Assembly (NCBI GenBank): GCA_030429765.1
Contig: JAUIER010000001.1
Span: forward strand, 65,014-129,013
Length of the DNA stretch: 64,000 bases
Source of the DNA: a bacterium
GTDB lineage: Bacteria; Omnitrophota; Gorgyraeia; Zapsychrales; Zapsychraceae
Direction: 5' to 3'
Shown: in pieces, positions 39,250-49,023 of the stretch
Layout: each line of letters starts with the position of its first letter
Numbering within the stretch: position 1 is the first letter of the stretch
Position numbers and translations under genes: made by a program
Notes under the pieces: model-generated
Databases searched by the model: none
Told to the model about the DNA's origin: nothing
The model's input: the letters and a program-made list of their open reading frames with translations, nothing else

Positions 39250-41052
39250 TTATTTCTTGGGACGGTAGATATGAGTGGCCTGTCCGAAGAAGCTTTCAGC
39301 GGCTTCCATCATGGTCTCAGTCAATGTTGGATGCGCATGAATACTCATCTTTAGATCAGTAACATTCGCGCCCATTTCAATCGCCAAGACACCCTCCGCG
39401 ATCATTTCACCGGCATTGGGGCCGACAATGGAGACGCCCAGAATACGTTCCGTGTCCGGATCGACGATCAACTTGGTCATCCCATCGACACGGTCCAGTG
39501 TAATCGCCCGGCCGGAGGCGCCCCATGGGAATTTGGCCACCACGTGTTTGCGACCCTGCGCTTTGGCTTCGGTCTCAGTCAAACCTGCCCAGGCCATCTC
39601 CGGATCCGTAAAGACTACAGCCGGAATCGCGTTAGGCTCGAAGGCGACTTTATGGCCGGCCATATGTTCGACGGCCACACGGCCTTCATGTGAGGCCTTG
39701 TGCGCCAGCATCGGATTGCCGACGATATCACCGATCGCGTAGATCGACGGATCGTGCGTTTGAAGTTGCGCGTTGACGTCGACAAATCCGCGGTCGTTTA
39801 CCGAGATCTTGGTGTTTTCCAATCCGATGTTGTCTGAGTTTGGACGTCGTCCGATGGCTACCAATACCTTGTCATAGGTTTCGCTGAATTGCTTGCCGTC
39901 TTTGTCTTCAAACGTGATTTTGATGCCGTCCTTGGTTTCATCCATCTTGACCACTTTGGTCGACACCATGATCTTGTCCATAATCGTCTTCAAGCGCTTG
40001 ATCAGGATGTTCGAAAGATCTTTGTCTGAACCGGTCATAATCTGAGGGAGCAGTTCTACCACAGAGACCTTGGTCCCAAGCTCCGCGTAAACCTGTCCCA
40101 ATTCCAGTCCGATGTAACCCCCGCCGATGAGTAAGAGATTTTTAGGGATTGTCGCGATATCCAGCGCGCTGGTTGAATCCATGACGCGATCAGACTTAGG
40201 GGCGAATGGTAATTCGATGGGGCGAGAACCTGTGGCCAGAATCGCTTTCACATAGGTCAGCGTCTGTTTGCCACCGCCGACCTTCTCGATTTCGAGTGTG
40301 TTGGAATCGACAAACTTGGCCCGGCCCTGGATCATCGTGATCTTACGTTGTTTGGCCAATTGACCTGTCCCGCCGGTTAGACGTGTCACCACGTCGTTTT
40401 TCCATCCGCGTAGTTTGTCCAGATCAATTTTGGGTTGTCCGAACGTAACACCGAATTCTTCGGCCTCACGCGCTTCAGAAATGACTTTAGCGGCATGAAG
40501 CAAGGCCTTCGATGGGATGCATCCCCGATATAAACATACTCCGCCCGGATTCTTTTCCAGGTCAACGATAGTCACATCCATTCCCAGGTCAGCCGCCAGA
40601 AAGGCCGCAGCGTATCCGCCCGGTCCTCCGCCGATGACGACCAGTTGCGTGTCCTTACCGGCTTCTTCCTTGGTTGGAATCGCGGCCGCTGGGGCATGCT
40701 CAATGGCAGAAGATGGAGCAGATTTCGTTTCGGTCTTCGCTGCGGGTTTGGCTTCGGCCGCTTTGGCTTCAGCTTTTTTAGGGGCCGGTTTCGGCGCTTC
40801 GGAAGTCTCAGCCGATGCCCCGGCCTCAACGCGCATAATCACAGCTCCGATCTTGACTTCATCACCGGTATTCACCAAAATTTCCTTGATGACACCATCG
40901 GTAGGGGAAGGGACCGGCAATGATGCCTTGTCGGTTTCCAGTTCCAGCAAATCCATGCCTTTGGTGATTGAGTCGCCGACGTTGACATAAACATTGACGA
41001 TCGTGCCCGCTTCGATATTTTCTCCAACTTCAGGTAGTTTGATATCAGTCAT
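39250..41052 (-). CDS. lpdA: dihydrolipoyl dehydrogenase (E3) with N-terminal lipoyl domain
   Basis: N-terminal lipoyl-attachment motif ETDKASLPVPS, then an FAD/NAD Rossmann domain (GGGPGGY), a redox-active CxxxxC and a C-terminal dimerisation domain. Confidence 0.85.
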   Translation of the reverse strand: MTDIKLPEVGENIEAGTIVNVYVNVGDSITKGMDLLELETDKASLPVPSPTDGVIKEILVNTGDEVKIGAVIMRVEAGASAETSEAPKPAPKKAEAKAAEAKPAAKTETKSAPSSAIEHAPAAAIPTKEEAGKDTQLVVIGGGPGGYAAAFLAADLGMDVTIVDLEKNPGGVCLYRGCIPSKALLHAAKVISEAREAEEFGVTFGQPKIDLDKLRGWKNDVVTRLTGGTGQLAKQRKITMIQGRAKFVDSNTLEIEKVGGGKQTLTYVKAILATGSRPIELPFAPKSDRVMDSTSALDIATIPKNLLLIGGGYIGLELGQVYAELGTKVSVVELLPQIMTGSDKDLSNILIKRLKTIMDKIMVSTKVVKMDETKDGIKITFEDKDGKQFSETYDKVLVAIGRRPNSDNIGLENTKISVNDRGFVDVNAQLQTHDPSIYAIGDIVGNPMLAHKASHEGRVAVEHMAGHKVAFEPNAIPAVVFTDPEMAWAGLTETEAKAQGRKHVVAKFPWGASGRAITLDRVDGMTKLIVDPDTERILGVSIVGPNAGEMIAEGVLAIEMGANVTDLKMSIHAHPTLTETMMEAAESFFGQATHIYRPKK

Positions 41053-41118
41053 AGTCGTATCCTGCTTTGTGATAAGTGAAGTCTAGTGATTCACCGATCA
41101 TGAATAGTGGTTAAAAAT

Positions 41119-42405
41119 TTATCCTTGAAGATCCATCAGGAATGGCTGTTCGATGGCGTCGCAAATCCATTTAAGGAATCGCGCTCCATCAGCCCCGTCG
41201 ATCAGACGGTGATCATAGGATAATGAAAGTGGTAATTTGAACCGCGGGATGAACTGACCGTTCTCAAAAACAGGTTCCCAGCCGCCGCGGGAGACACCCA
41301 GAATAGCGACCTCAGGCCAGTTGACGATCGGTGTAAAGCTTGTCCCGCCGATTCCGCCCAGGTTGGTCAATGTCATCGAGCCGCCTTTAAGATCGTCCGG
41401 CAAGACTTTACGATCGCGTGCTTTTTTGGCGACCGCGACAACTTCGTCGTTGATCTCAAAGATGCCTTTTTTATCGACATCCCGAATGACCGGAACCAGT
41501 AATCCGTTCTCTGTATCCACGGCCACACCCAGGTTGATAAATTTTTTGTAGATGATTTCATGCGTGGTCATATCGACCGAGGCATTAAATTGAGGGAAGT
41601 TCTTCATCGCCGAGGCCATGACCTTTAACAGGAACGGCGTAATGGTCAGTTTACGGTCCGGCGTTGAGACGCGTTTGCGAAGTTTTTCAAGTTCCGTGAT
41701 GTCTGCCTTTCCGAATTGCGTGACATGCGGAATAGTCTGCCAGCAGAAGGAGAGATGATCAGCCGTGACTTGTCGGATCTTCGACATCTTGACGCGTTCA
41801 ACATCTCCCCATTTGGAGAAGTCAGGGATCGGTTTATTGGCAACTCCACCGCCGCCTTGACCGGCGACTTGGCCTTGATTGAGCTGCTTGGCGTAGGCCT
41901 TGACGTCGGCTTCAAAGATGCGACCGCCAGGTCCGCTGCCGGGCACTTGTGAAATATCGATGCCAATCTCCCGGGCGAATCGTCGAACGGAAGGAGCGGC
42001 CGGTACGTCTTTCTGTGCCGGAATAGATGCTGAAGCCGCAGACTGAGCCGGTTTAGAAGCGGCCTTGGGCGCGGCTTTCTTGGCTGCCGGCGCTGGTTTC
42101 GCCTTTTTGGTTTCCTTGGCCTTGGTTGACTTCGATGCTGAAGCCTTCTTCGGCGCGGCTTTACCGCCACCGCCTTCTTCGATCTTCATGACCACTTGTC
42201 CGATGGCCACATCTTCGCCTTCCTGGATGAGGATTTCCTTGATCGTTCCATCCACAGGCGACGGGACCGGAAGGGAGGCCTTATCTGTTTCCAGCTCCAG
42301 CAGGTCCTGATCTTTCGTGACCGTGTCACCGACGGCAACCGCGATCGACACAACATTTCCGGATTCGATATTTTCACCGACTTCAGGGAGTTTAAATTCT
42401 AGCAT
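41119..42405 (-). CDS. aceF: dihydrolipoamide acetyltransferase (E2) of the pyruvate dehydrogenase complex
   Basis: Lipoyl domain, Ala/Pro/Lys-rich linker, E3-binding domain and a catalytic domain with motif DHRLIDG. Confidence 0.85.
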   Translation of the reverse strand: MLEFKLPEVGENIESGNVVSIAVAVGDTVTKDQDLLELETDKASLPVPSPVDGTIKEILIQEGEDVAIGQVVMKIEEGGGGKAAPKKASASKSTKAKETKKAKPAPAAKKAAPKAASKPAQSAASASIPAQKDVPAAPSVRRFAREIGIDISQVPGSGPGGRIFEADVKAYAKQLNQGQVAGQGGGGVANKPIPDFSKWGDVERVKMSKIRQVTADHLSFCWQTIPHVTQFGKADITELEKLRKRVSTPDRKLTITPFLLKVMASAMKNFPQFNASVDMTTHEIIYKKFINLGVAVDTENGLLVPVIRDVDKKGIFEINDEVVAVAKKARDRKVLPDDLKGGSMTLTNLGGIGGTSFTPIVNWPEVAILGVSRGGWEPVFENGQFIPRFKLPLSLSYDHRLIDGADGARFLKWICDAIEQPFLMDLQG

Positions 42406-42451
42406 AGTCTGTTCCTTCGATATTTAAGTGAACCCATAGAGGTAGGGTCCG

Positions 42452-45133
42452 TTACGAAATCATTGGGTTCAATTTTTCAGGATTAATCTGAAGATCCTTG
42501 GCGGCCTGACTGAGGACGTCCTCTGACACCTTGCCTTGTTTGTACAGCAAACCAAGCGCACCGTAAACGATGTGACGATCATCGACTTCAAAGAAGTCTC
42601 TGAGCGCTTTACGTGACTCGCTTCGACCAAACCCATCCGTTCCCAAACTCAGTGACGGTCCGGGAACCCATCGGTGGATACCATCTGACAAGATCTTCAT
42701 GTTATCCGACGCGAAGACAAAGATATCGCCTTCGTCTTTGAGGCATTTGGTGACATAAGGGATCTTCGGTGCTTCATTCGGGTTAAGCACATTAAACCGT
42801 TCGGCATCAAGACCGTCCCGGCGAAGCTCGTTATAGCTGGTTACCGACCAGACATCCGCGGCGATCCCGTATTTATCTTCAAGGATCTGCTGCGCCGAAA
42901 GCACTTGATTGGTGATCGAACCGCTTCCGAATAGCTGTACTTTTGTCTTGGCATCCTTTTTCTCAGATGTCTTGAACTTGTACATTCCCTTGAGAATTCC
43001 ATCCCGGCAGCCTTCAGGCATTTTCGGCATTGCGTAGTTTTCGTTACCGACACTGAGATAGTAGAAGATATTTTCCTGTTTTTCGTACATGCGATGCATG
43101 CCTTCACGGATAATCACCGCGATTTCGTAGGCGAATGACGGATCGTAGGTGACACAGTTCGGAACCGAAGAGAGCAGTACATGGCTGTGGCCGTCCTGGT
43201 GCTGAAGCCCTTCACCGTTCAACGTTGTCCGGCCGGATGTCGCTCCAATCAGGAATCCACGGCATCGAGAGTCGGCGGCACACCAAATCAGGTCTCCGAC
43301 ACGTTGCGGTCCGAACATAGAATAGTAGATGTAGAATGGAATGGTGTTGATGCCCTGTGTTGAGTAGGCCGTACCCGCGGCGATAAAGGATGACATCGCG
43401 CCGGCTTCGTTAATACCTTCCTCCAGGATTTGTCCATCCACCGCTTCTTTGTAGTACAGCAGGCTATCGGCGTCTACCGGCTCATAAAGCTGTCCGACGT
43501 GAGAATAGATACCGCATTGACGGAATAAGGCTTCCATACCGAACGTACGCGCTTCGTCGGGAATGATCGGAACGATCAGTTTTCCGACTTCTTTGTCTTT
43601 CAAAAGCTTGGTGAGAATCCGGACGTAAGCCATTGTTGTCGAAACTTCGCGGCCGCTGGTTCCTTCATAGAATTCCTGGAAGAGCTCTTCGGAAGGAGGC
43701 GTCAGCGGTTTGCTGGTTTCATGACGGGACGGAACATATCCGCCCAGGGCCTTACGCCGTTCATGCATGTATTTCATTTCTTCCGAGTCGTCGGCCGGTT
43801 TGTAGAATGGCGCATCGGCGACTTCATCGTCGGAGATTGGAATGTTAAATCGTGTGCGGAATTGACGAAGCTCGTCTTCGTTGAGCTTCTTCTGCTGATG
43901 GGTGATATTTTTTCCTTCACCACTTTCGCCCAGTCCGTAGCCTTTGATGGTCTTGGCGAGGATGACGGTTGGCGCGCCTTTGAACTCAGTCGCGTTCTTG
44001 TAGGCCGCGTAAACCTTGCGGGGATCATGACCGCCACGTTTAAGGCCTTCGATGTCTTCATCGGAAAGATGCGAAACGAGTTTTTCCAGTTCCGGATACT
44101 TGCCGAAGAAATCTTTTCGGACAAAGTCACCGGACTCGACCGAATATTTCTGGAACTGCCCGTCGACACATTCGCCCATACGTTTAGGCAGCAAACCTTG
44201 AGTGTCGTCATCCAAGAGGGGATCCCAATCGCTTCCCCAAATGACCTTGAGGACATTCCATTGCGCGCCGCGGAACAGGGCCTCGAGTTCCTGAATGATC
44301 TTGGCGTTACCGCGCACCGGACCGTCCAGACGCTGAAGGTTGCAGTTGATGACAAAAATCAGGTTATCAAGTTTCTCACGCGAAGCGACCGTGATCGCGC
44401 CTAACGATTCCGGCTCGTCACACTCACCGTCACCCATGAATACCCATACCTTCGCGTCGTCTTTGGGCTTGAGCCCGCGGTCTTCGAGGTAGCGCATAAA
44501 TCGTGCCTGGTAGATCCCGCAGATCGGACCGAGTCCCATCGATACCGTCGGGAATTGCCAGAAGTTCGGCATCAACCATGGGTGAGGGTAGGACGATAAC
44601 CCTTGTTCGTCCTGAAGTTCCCGTCGGAAATTCAGCAAGTTCTGTTCGCTTAATCGTCCTTCGAGAAACGCGCGGGCGTATACACCCGGCGAACCATGTC
44701 CCTGAAAATAGACAAAGTCGCCGCAGAATTCTTCGGTTCGCGCGCGGAAAAAGTGATTGAATCCAACCTCCAAAAGCGTGGCTGAAGATGCGTACGTAGA
44801 AATGTGTCCTCCGATGCCGGCTTCGGCATGATTACCTTTGACAACCATCGCCATCGCGTTCCAGCGTACCAGACTTTTGATGCGCCGTTCGATCTCCCGG
44901 CTGCCGGGCATGGATGGTTCTTCTGTGTGATGGATGGTGTTGACATACGGTGTGTTCACCGTGAAAGGTAAGGTGACTCCGGCCGCCTGGGCACGAAGTT
45001 GGAGTTGGTGGAGGATTTTCTCCGCTTGTTCTACGGATCCGTGTTTGAGGACATAGTCTAGAGAAGACAGCCACTCGCGCACTTCAATATCGTCTACTTC
45101 AGTCGTGTTTTGGTTTACGCCATCTGGATTCAT
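42452..45133 (-). CDS. aceE: pyruvate dehydrogenase E1 component, homodimeric type
   Basis: Single-chain E1 of about 890 aa with transketolase-like ThDP-binding regions. Confidence 0.85.
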   Translation of the reverse strand: MNPDGVNQNTTEVDDIEVREWLSSLDYVLKHGSVEQAEKILHQLQLRAQAAGVTLPFTVNTPYVNTIHHTEEPSMPGSREIERRIKSLVRWNAMAMVVKGNHAEAGIGGHISTYASSATLLEVGFNHFFRARTEEFCGDFVYFQGHGSPGVYARAFLEGRLSEQNLLNFRRELQDEQGLSSYPHPWLMPNFWQFPTVSMGLGPICGIYQARFMRYLEDRGLKPKDDAKVWVFMGDGECDEPESLGAITVASREKLDNLIFVINCNLQRLDGPVRGNAKIIQELEALFRGAQWNVLKVIWGSDWDPLLDDDTQGLLPKRMGECVDGQFQKYSVESGDFVRKDFFGKYPELEKLVSHLSDEDIEGLKRGGHDPRKVYAAYKNATEFKGAPTVILAKTIKGYGLGESGEGKNITHQQKKLNEDELRQFRTRFNIPISDDEVADAPFYKPADDSEEMKYMHERRKALGGYVPSRHETSKPLTPPSEELFQEFYEGTSGREVSTTMAYVRILTKLLKDKEVGKLIVPIIPDEARTFGMEALFRQCGIYSHVGQLYEPVDADSLLYYKEAVDGQILEEGINEAGAMSSFIAAGTAYSTQGINTIPFYIYYSMFGPQRVGDLIWCAADSRCRGFLIGATSGRTTLNGEGLQHQDGHSHVLLSSVPNCVTYDPSFAYEIAVIIREGMHRMYEKQENIFYYLSVGNENYAMPKMPEGCRDGILKGMYKFKTSEKKDAKTKVQLFGSGSITNQVLSAQQILEDKYGIAADVWSVTSYNELRRDGLDAERFNVLNPNEAPKIPYVTKCLKDEGDIFVFASDNMKILSDGIHRWVPGPSLSLGTDGFGRSESRKALRDFFEVDDRHIVYGALGLLYKQGKVSEDVLSQAAKDLQINPEKLNPMIS

Positions 45134-45306
45134 AAATCACCCTTTGTTGATTAAATATAAGACTTTATATAGAAATAAGTTTATTTTAGGCTCAATAATC
45201 TGGGTATTGTATTATGGTTTGTCGGAATGTGCAAGCAAATAATCGGCAGGAGCGCCCGGAATCTTTCAATTTGGCCTGATAGACAATTGTGCTATAATGG
45301 GCGGCT

Positions 45307-45768
45307 ATGGGACAGGCAATTATCTCCAACAAGAAGGCGTTTCGGGATTTTGAGATCCTGGACAAGTGGGAATGCGGCATCGAGCTCAAGGGCTCGGAGG
45401 TCAAATCCATTCGTGCGGGCCATGTGAACTTCAAAGATACCTTTGCCCGGGTCGAAAAAGGGGAGATCCTGCTTTACAGCCTGCACATAGATCCCTACAA
45501 ACAGGCCAGTTACGAAAATGTGGATCCGGACCGTGTCCGCCGGCTCCTGCTGCACAAGCGTGAGGTCCGAAAGATCGATAACGAGGTCACCCTCAAAAAT
45601 TACGCCCTGATTCCAACCAAGCTCTACTACAACAAACGCGGATTCGTCAAGGTCGAACTGGCCATGGGCAAGGGCCGAAAATTCTACGATAAGCGTGAGG
45701 TGATCAAGAAGCGTCAGATCGCCCGCGATCTCAACCGGGCCATCCGGACCGGTTCCCGCCGCCGCTAG
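45307..45768 (+). CDS. smpB: SsrA-binding protein
   Basis: SmpB fold motifs (NKKAFRDFEILD...GIEL.GSEVKS) and a basic C-terminal tail. Located 3.3 kb upstream of ssrA. Confidence 0.9.
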   Translation: MGQAIISNKKAFRDFEILDKWECGIELKGSEVKSIRAGHVNFKDTFARVEKGEILLYSLHIDPYKQASYENVDPDRVRRLLLHKREVRKIDNEVTLKNYALIPTKLYYNKRGFVKVELAMGKGRKFYDKREVIKKRQIARDLNRAIRTGSRRR

Positions 45769-45821
45769 GGGAGAGCCGGGGGACGGCTTGTAAATAATGT
45801 ACTATATGGTACAATAAAAGT

Positions 45822-46439
45822 ATGACCAAATCCGCCACACCTAAAATTGATACCCGCACACGGATGATTCAGGCCGCGTTTGATCTGTTCCATCAACAGG
45901 GAGTGAACGCGACGAGTGTCGATGAAATCCTGGCCAAATCCGGCACCGGCAAAAGCCAGTTCTATCACTATTTTAAGAGTAAAGAGGATCTTGTTCATGC
46001 CGTGGTGGAGTCGTTCGGCGAGATGCTTAAGGCCCAAAAGCTGCCGTTGAAATATGAGATCGATTCGTGGGCCGACCTGGAAGAATGGTTTGGCGTATTT
46101 GTAAATCATCAGCGCCGCTCAGGCTGTTCCCGAGGCTGTCCGATGGCCACGATTGCCTATGAACTGACGGGGGATGACGAATTGATCCGTCAGGATATCA
46201 ACATGATCTGTGAATTGTCCCGCAAACCATTGCTCAAATTCTTTGTGACCGAACAGGCCCGCGGACATCTGGTAGACGGGGCTGATCCTGAAGCGTTAAC
46301 AGACTTTTGCTACACGATTATGCAGGGCGGGCTGATCCTTTCCAAGATTCAAAAAGACGCGGCCGGATTCGAACGTTCGGTGGAGCATGCCATCACTTAT
46401 CTGAAGACATTACGGAAGGTATCGGAAATTGATCGTTGA
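45822..46439 (+). CDS. TetR-family transcriptional regulator
   Basis: N-terminal TetR helix-turn-helix (RTRMIQAAFDLFHQQGVNATSVDEIL). Confidence 0.8.
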   Translation: MTKSATPKIDTRTRMIQAAFDLFHQQGVNATSVDEILAKSGTGKSQFYHYFKSKEDLVHAVVESFGEMLKAQKLPLKYEIDSWADLEEWFGVFVNHQRRSGCSRGCPMATIAYELTGDDELIRQDINMICELSRKPLLKFFVTEQARGHLVDGADPEALTDFCYTIMQGGLILSKIQKDAAGFERSVEHAITYLKTLRKVSEIDR

Positions 46440-46500
46440 CAAAAATGTACTAAATAGTACAATATGAGTAAGATTAATCTCATAACACAAGGAGAACAGA

Positions 46501-47142
46501 ATGCTTACGATTTATGCACTGACGATGTCACCCCCGGCACTCAAGGTTTTGTATGTGGCCAATGCCCTGGGGTTGGAATACGAGCAAAAAGGGGTCAAAT
46601 TGGCCGAAGGAGAGGGTCAGTCTGAACAATACAAGCGCATCCACCCGGCCGGTAAGGTCCCGGCGCTGGTTGACGGCGATTTTACCCTGTTTGAGAGCAA
46701 CGCGATTATCAAATATCTGGCGCGAAAGGCCGATTCAGCGCTGTATCCAGATGATCTCAAGAAACAAGCGATCATTGACCAATGGGTGGACTTTGTCAGT
46801 CAGCATATTCATAACGGCATCAGCCGCGTTTTATGGAACAAGATGATGGCGCCGAAGTTCGGATTTGATGTAGATGAGAATTCGATGAAATGCGGTTACG
46901 AGTTTCTGGAAAAATATCTGCCGATTGTCGACGCTCAGCTCGGCAAGACCAAATATCTGGCGGGAGATGAGATCTCAATTGCCGATTATATTCTGTTGGC
47001 CCATGTGGATCCTCTGGAGGCGATTGAAATTGACGTCAACAAGTATCCGAATCTGGCTCGCTGGCGCGAAGCGCTTCGAACACAGGACTTCTATCAACGG
47101 GTGCACAAGTTTTACGGTGAGGCCTTGATGGCGAAGGGATAG
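46501..47142 (+). CDS. glutathione S-transferase
   Basis: N-terminal thioredoxin-like fold (KVPALVDGDFTLFES) followed by a C-terminal alpha-helical GST domain. Confidence 0.75.
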   Translation: MLTIYALTMSPPALKVLYVANALGLEYEQKGVKLAEGEGQSEQYKRIHPAGKVPALVDGDFTLFESNAIIKYLARKADSALYPDDLKKQAIIDQWVDFVSQHIHNGISRVLWNKMMAPKFGFDVDENSMKCGYEFLEKYLPIVDAQLGKTKYLAGDEISIADYILLAHVDPLEAIEIDVNKYPNLARWREALRTQDFYQRVHKFYGEALMAKG

Positions 47143-47157
47143 ATTTATTGGTGTTAA

Positions 47158-47197
47158 CGGGTCAGACGGGTGGTCATGCCTGTCTGGCCCTTTTTTT
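47158..47197 (+). terminator. intrinsic terminator after GST gene
   Basis: 12-bp stem (GGGTCAGACGGG / CCTGTCTGGCCC with two G:U pairs) followed by a T7 run. Confidence 0.6.
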
Positions 47198-47603
47198 ATA
47201 GGTGAAATTTTTGACGGGCGATTTCAGCGACGGCGCGGCAGGCGTCGACGGTGGTGAAGATACCGACGATGTGCGAATTCTGTTTGATGATCACGCATCC
47301 GTAGTGATGCTCGGCCATTTCCTCACAGACCACATCGACGGGGGTGTCCGGATCGACCGAATAGACGTCGGTATGACAGATCGCCTCGCATAAAAGATGT
47401 TTGTCGGCCTGGACCAGGCACAACGCCAGGCGAATGTCCCGGTCGGAGATGATGCCGTACAATTGATCGTCGCGCGTGACGGGCAGATGACGGATATTTT
47501 GCTCATTCATTAGTTCGAGGGCTTCTTTGATAGGCTGTTCCGCTTTGACGACCAGCGGATCATAGGTCATGTACTTCTGAATAGGAGGGATGGATTTGCT
47601 CAT
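47196..47603 (-). CDS. CBS-domain pair protein
   Basis: Tandem CBS motifs. About 135 aa. Confidence 0.7.
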   Translation of the reverse strand: MSKSIPPIQKYMTYDPLVVKAEQPIKEALELMNEQNIRHLPVTRDDQLYGIISDRDIRLALCLVQADKHLLCEAICHTDVYSVDPDTPVDVVCEEMAEHHYGCVIIKQNSHIVGIFTTVDACRAVAEIARQKFHL

Positions 47604-47613
47604 GATGCCCCCA

Positions 47614-47979
47614 TTATATCAGATAATTGAAGTTGGTGGGCTGATGAGGTGAAGTTTTTCGGATAAAGATATTTTCGAGCAGCTGATGCCCGCCGGTCAC
47701 CGGTTCGTCCGAATACTCCAGAAACGTGACGATGCGTCCCGTATCCCGGTAGAGCTCCTGTTCGTGGATCCGCCGCGTGACGGTGATCAGCTCGGCCTGG
47801 CCGATCCGCTCGGACATATCTCCCATCAGCGTGTAGCGGTACTCGGTGAATCCCATTCGACGGACAATCCGCAGCGAACACACCAAGAAATGACCTTCAT
47901 CTTGGTCCGGTTGATCATATGGCAGACGTTTGATGTGGATTTGCAGATGCCCGTCGATAGTAATGGGATTTGTGGTCAT
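47614..47979 (-). CDS. hypothetical protein
   Basis: ORF with no recognisable domain. Start set at the MTTNP codon. Confidence 0.35.
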   Translation of the reverse strand: MTTNPITIDGHLQIHIKRLPYDQPDQDEGHFLVCSLRIVRRMGFTEYRYTLMGDMSERIGQAELITVTRRIHEQELYRDTGRIVTFLEYSDEPVTGGHQLLENIFIRKTSPHQPTNFNYLI

Positions 47980-48388
47980 ACCTAAATTATAAACCTCCTG
48001 CAAGTATTTGCCATGAGTAGACATACGCATCCGGGTGGGTAGTTTTACCTATCCGTCTGGAGGCCGGATATTTAGCATTTGCCAAGTTCCAGAGCATCGA
48101 CTATACTTATAGACTGTTCTTTAAAAATTTGGGGGTGATCTGGTTCTGCTTCGTTTCCGACATTTTGAATTGGAGTTTTGAAATGTCGTTAACTTCGCAG
48201 GAACTAGTTCGAAGCAGAAATTCTTCGAAGCTCCTAGAGTATTTTCTGATCAAGCATAGAAGATTCTAAGCTTGATCATCCGTTCTTTAAAAATTTGGGG
48301 GTGATGTGGTTCTGCTTCGTTTCCGACATTTTGAATTGGAGTTTTGAAATGTCGACAACTTCGCAGGAACTAGTTCGAAGCAGAAATT

Positions 48389-48432
48389 CTTCGAAGCTCC
48401 CGGTTTTTTATATTGTGTAGCGAAGAAGATTA
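48389..48432 (+). repeat. 45-bp direct repeat flanking the GIY-YIG gene (left copy)
   Basis: CTTCGAAGCTCCCGGTTTTTTATATTGTGTAGCGAAGAAGATTAT. Near-identical right copy at 48796-48840. Confidence 0.7.
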
Positions 48433-48494
48433 TAGAGCTATCCTTAATCTATGCATATGCGCATAGCTCCAAAAGGTAGAGAGGAGAATGTGCC

Positions 48495-48752
48495 ATGCAG
48501 TATGTATACGTGTTGGTTAGCCAAGTAAATAAATCAAAAATCTATATTGGCAGAACTGAAGATCTAGATTCTCGCTTTAGACAGCACAATTCTGGTCAAG
48601 GCGATTATTCAAGGCGCTGGAAACCTTGGCAAATTGAGACCTATATTGCCTTTTCATCAGAATCATTGGCAGTCAAATTTGAAAAGTATCTCAAGGGTGG
48701 ATCGGGCTTTGCTTTTCTAAAGAAAAGATTTTTACCTGAGATTGATTCTTAA
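48495..48752 (+). CDS. free-standing GIY-YIG nuclease-domain protein (YhbQ/UPF0213-like, 85 aa)
   Basis: Motifs YVYVL...KIYIGRTEDLDSRFRQHNSG match the GIY-YIG catalytic core, including the conserved Arg. GAGGAG ribosome-binding site 8 nt upstream. Confidence 0.75.
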   Translation: MQYVYVLVSQVNKSKIYIGRTEDLDSRFRQHNSGQGDYSRRWKPWQIETYIAFSSESLAVKFEKYLKGGSGFAFLKKRFLPEIDS

Positions 48753-48795
48753 ATATATTGAAGTTTGCAATCCTTGTGCTCGAAGATTCAATCCT

Positions 48796-48840
48796 TCGAA
48801 GCTCCCGGGTTGTATTATTGTGTAGCGAAGAAGATTATTT
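48796..48840 (+). repeat. 45-bp direct repeat flanking the GIY-YIG gene (right copy)
   Basis: CTTCGAAGCTCCCGGGTTGTATTATTGTGTAGCGAAGAAGATTAT. Confidence 0.7.
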
Positions 48841-49023
48841 GTTCTTTAAAAATTTGGGGGTGATCTGGTTCTGCTTCGTTTCCGACATTTTGAATTGGAG
48901 TTTTGAAATGTCGACAACTTCGCAGGAACTAGTTCGAAGCAGAAATTCTTCGAAGCTCCTAGAGTATTTTCTGATCAAGCGTAGAAGATTTTAAGCTTGA
49001 TCATCCGTTCTTTTAAAATTTGG

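Larger units (their letters stand above)
48116..49008 (+). repeat. array of 166-bp tandem repeat units (copies at 48116-48281, 48282-48432 and 48843-49008), each beginning with a copy of the ssrA promoter and first ~12 nt
   Basis: Direct reading shows copies at 166-bp period. The head GTTCTTTAAAAATTTGGGGGTGAT(C/G)TGGTT is identical to the sequence at 49009-49038 entering the tmRNA. Each unit contains a 10-bp inverted repeat TTCTGCTTCG...CGAAGCAGAA. Confidence 0.85.
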
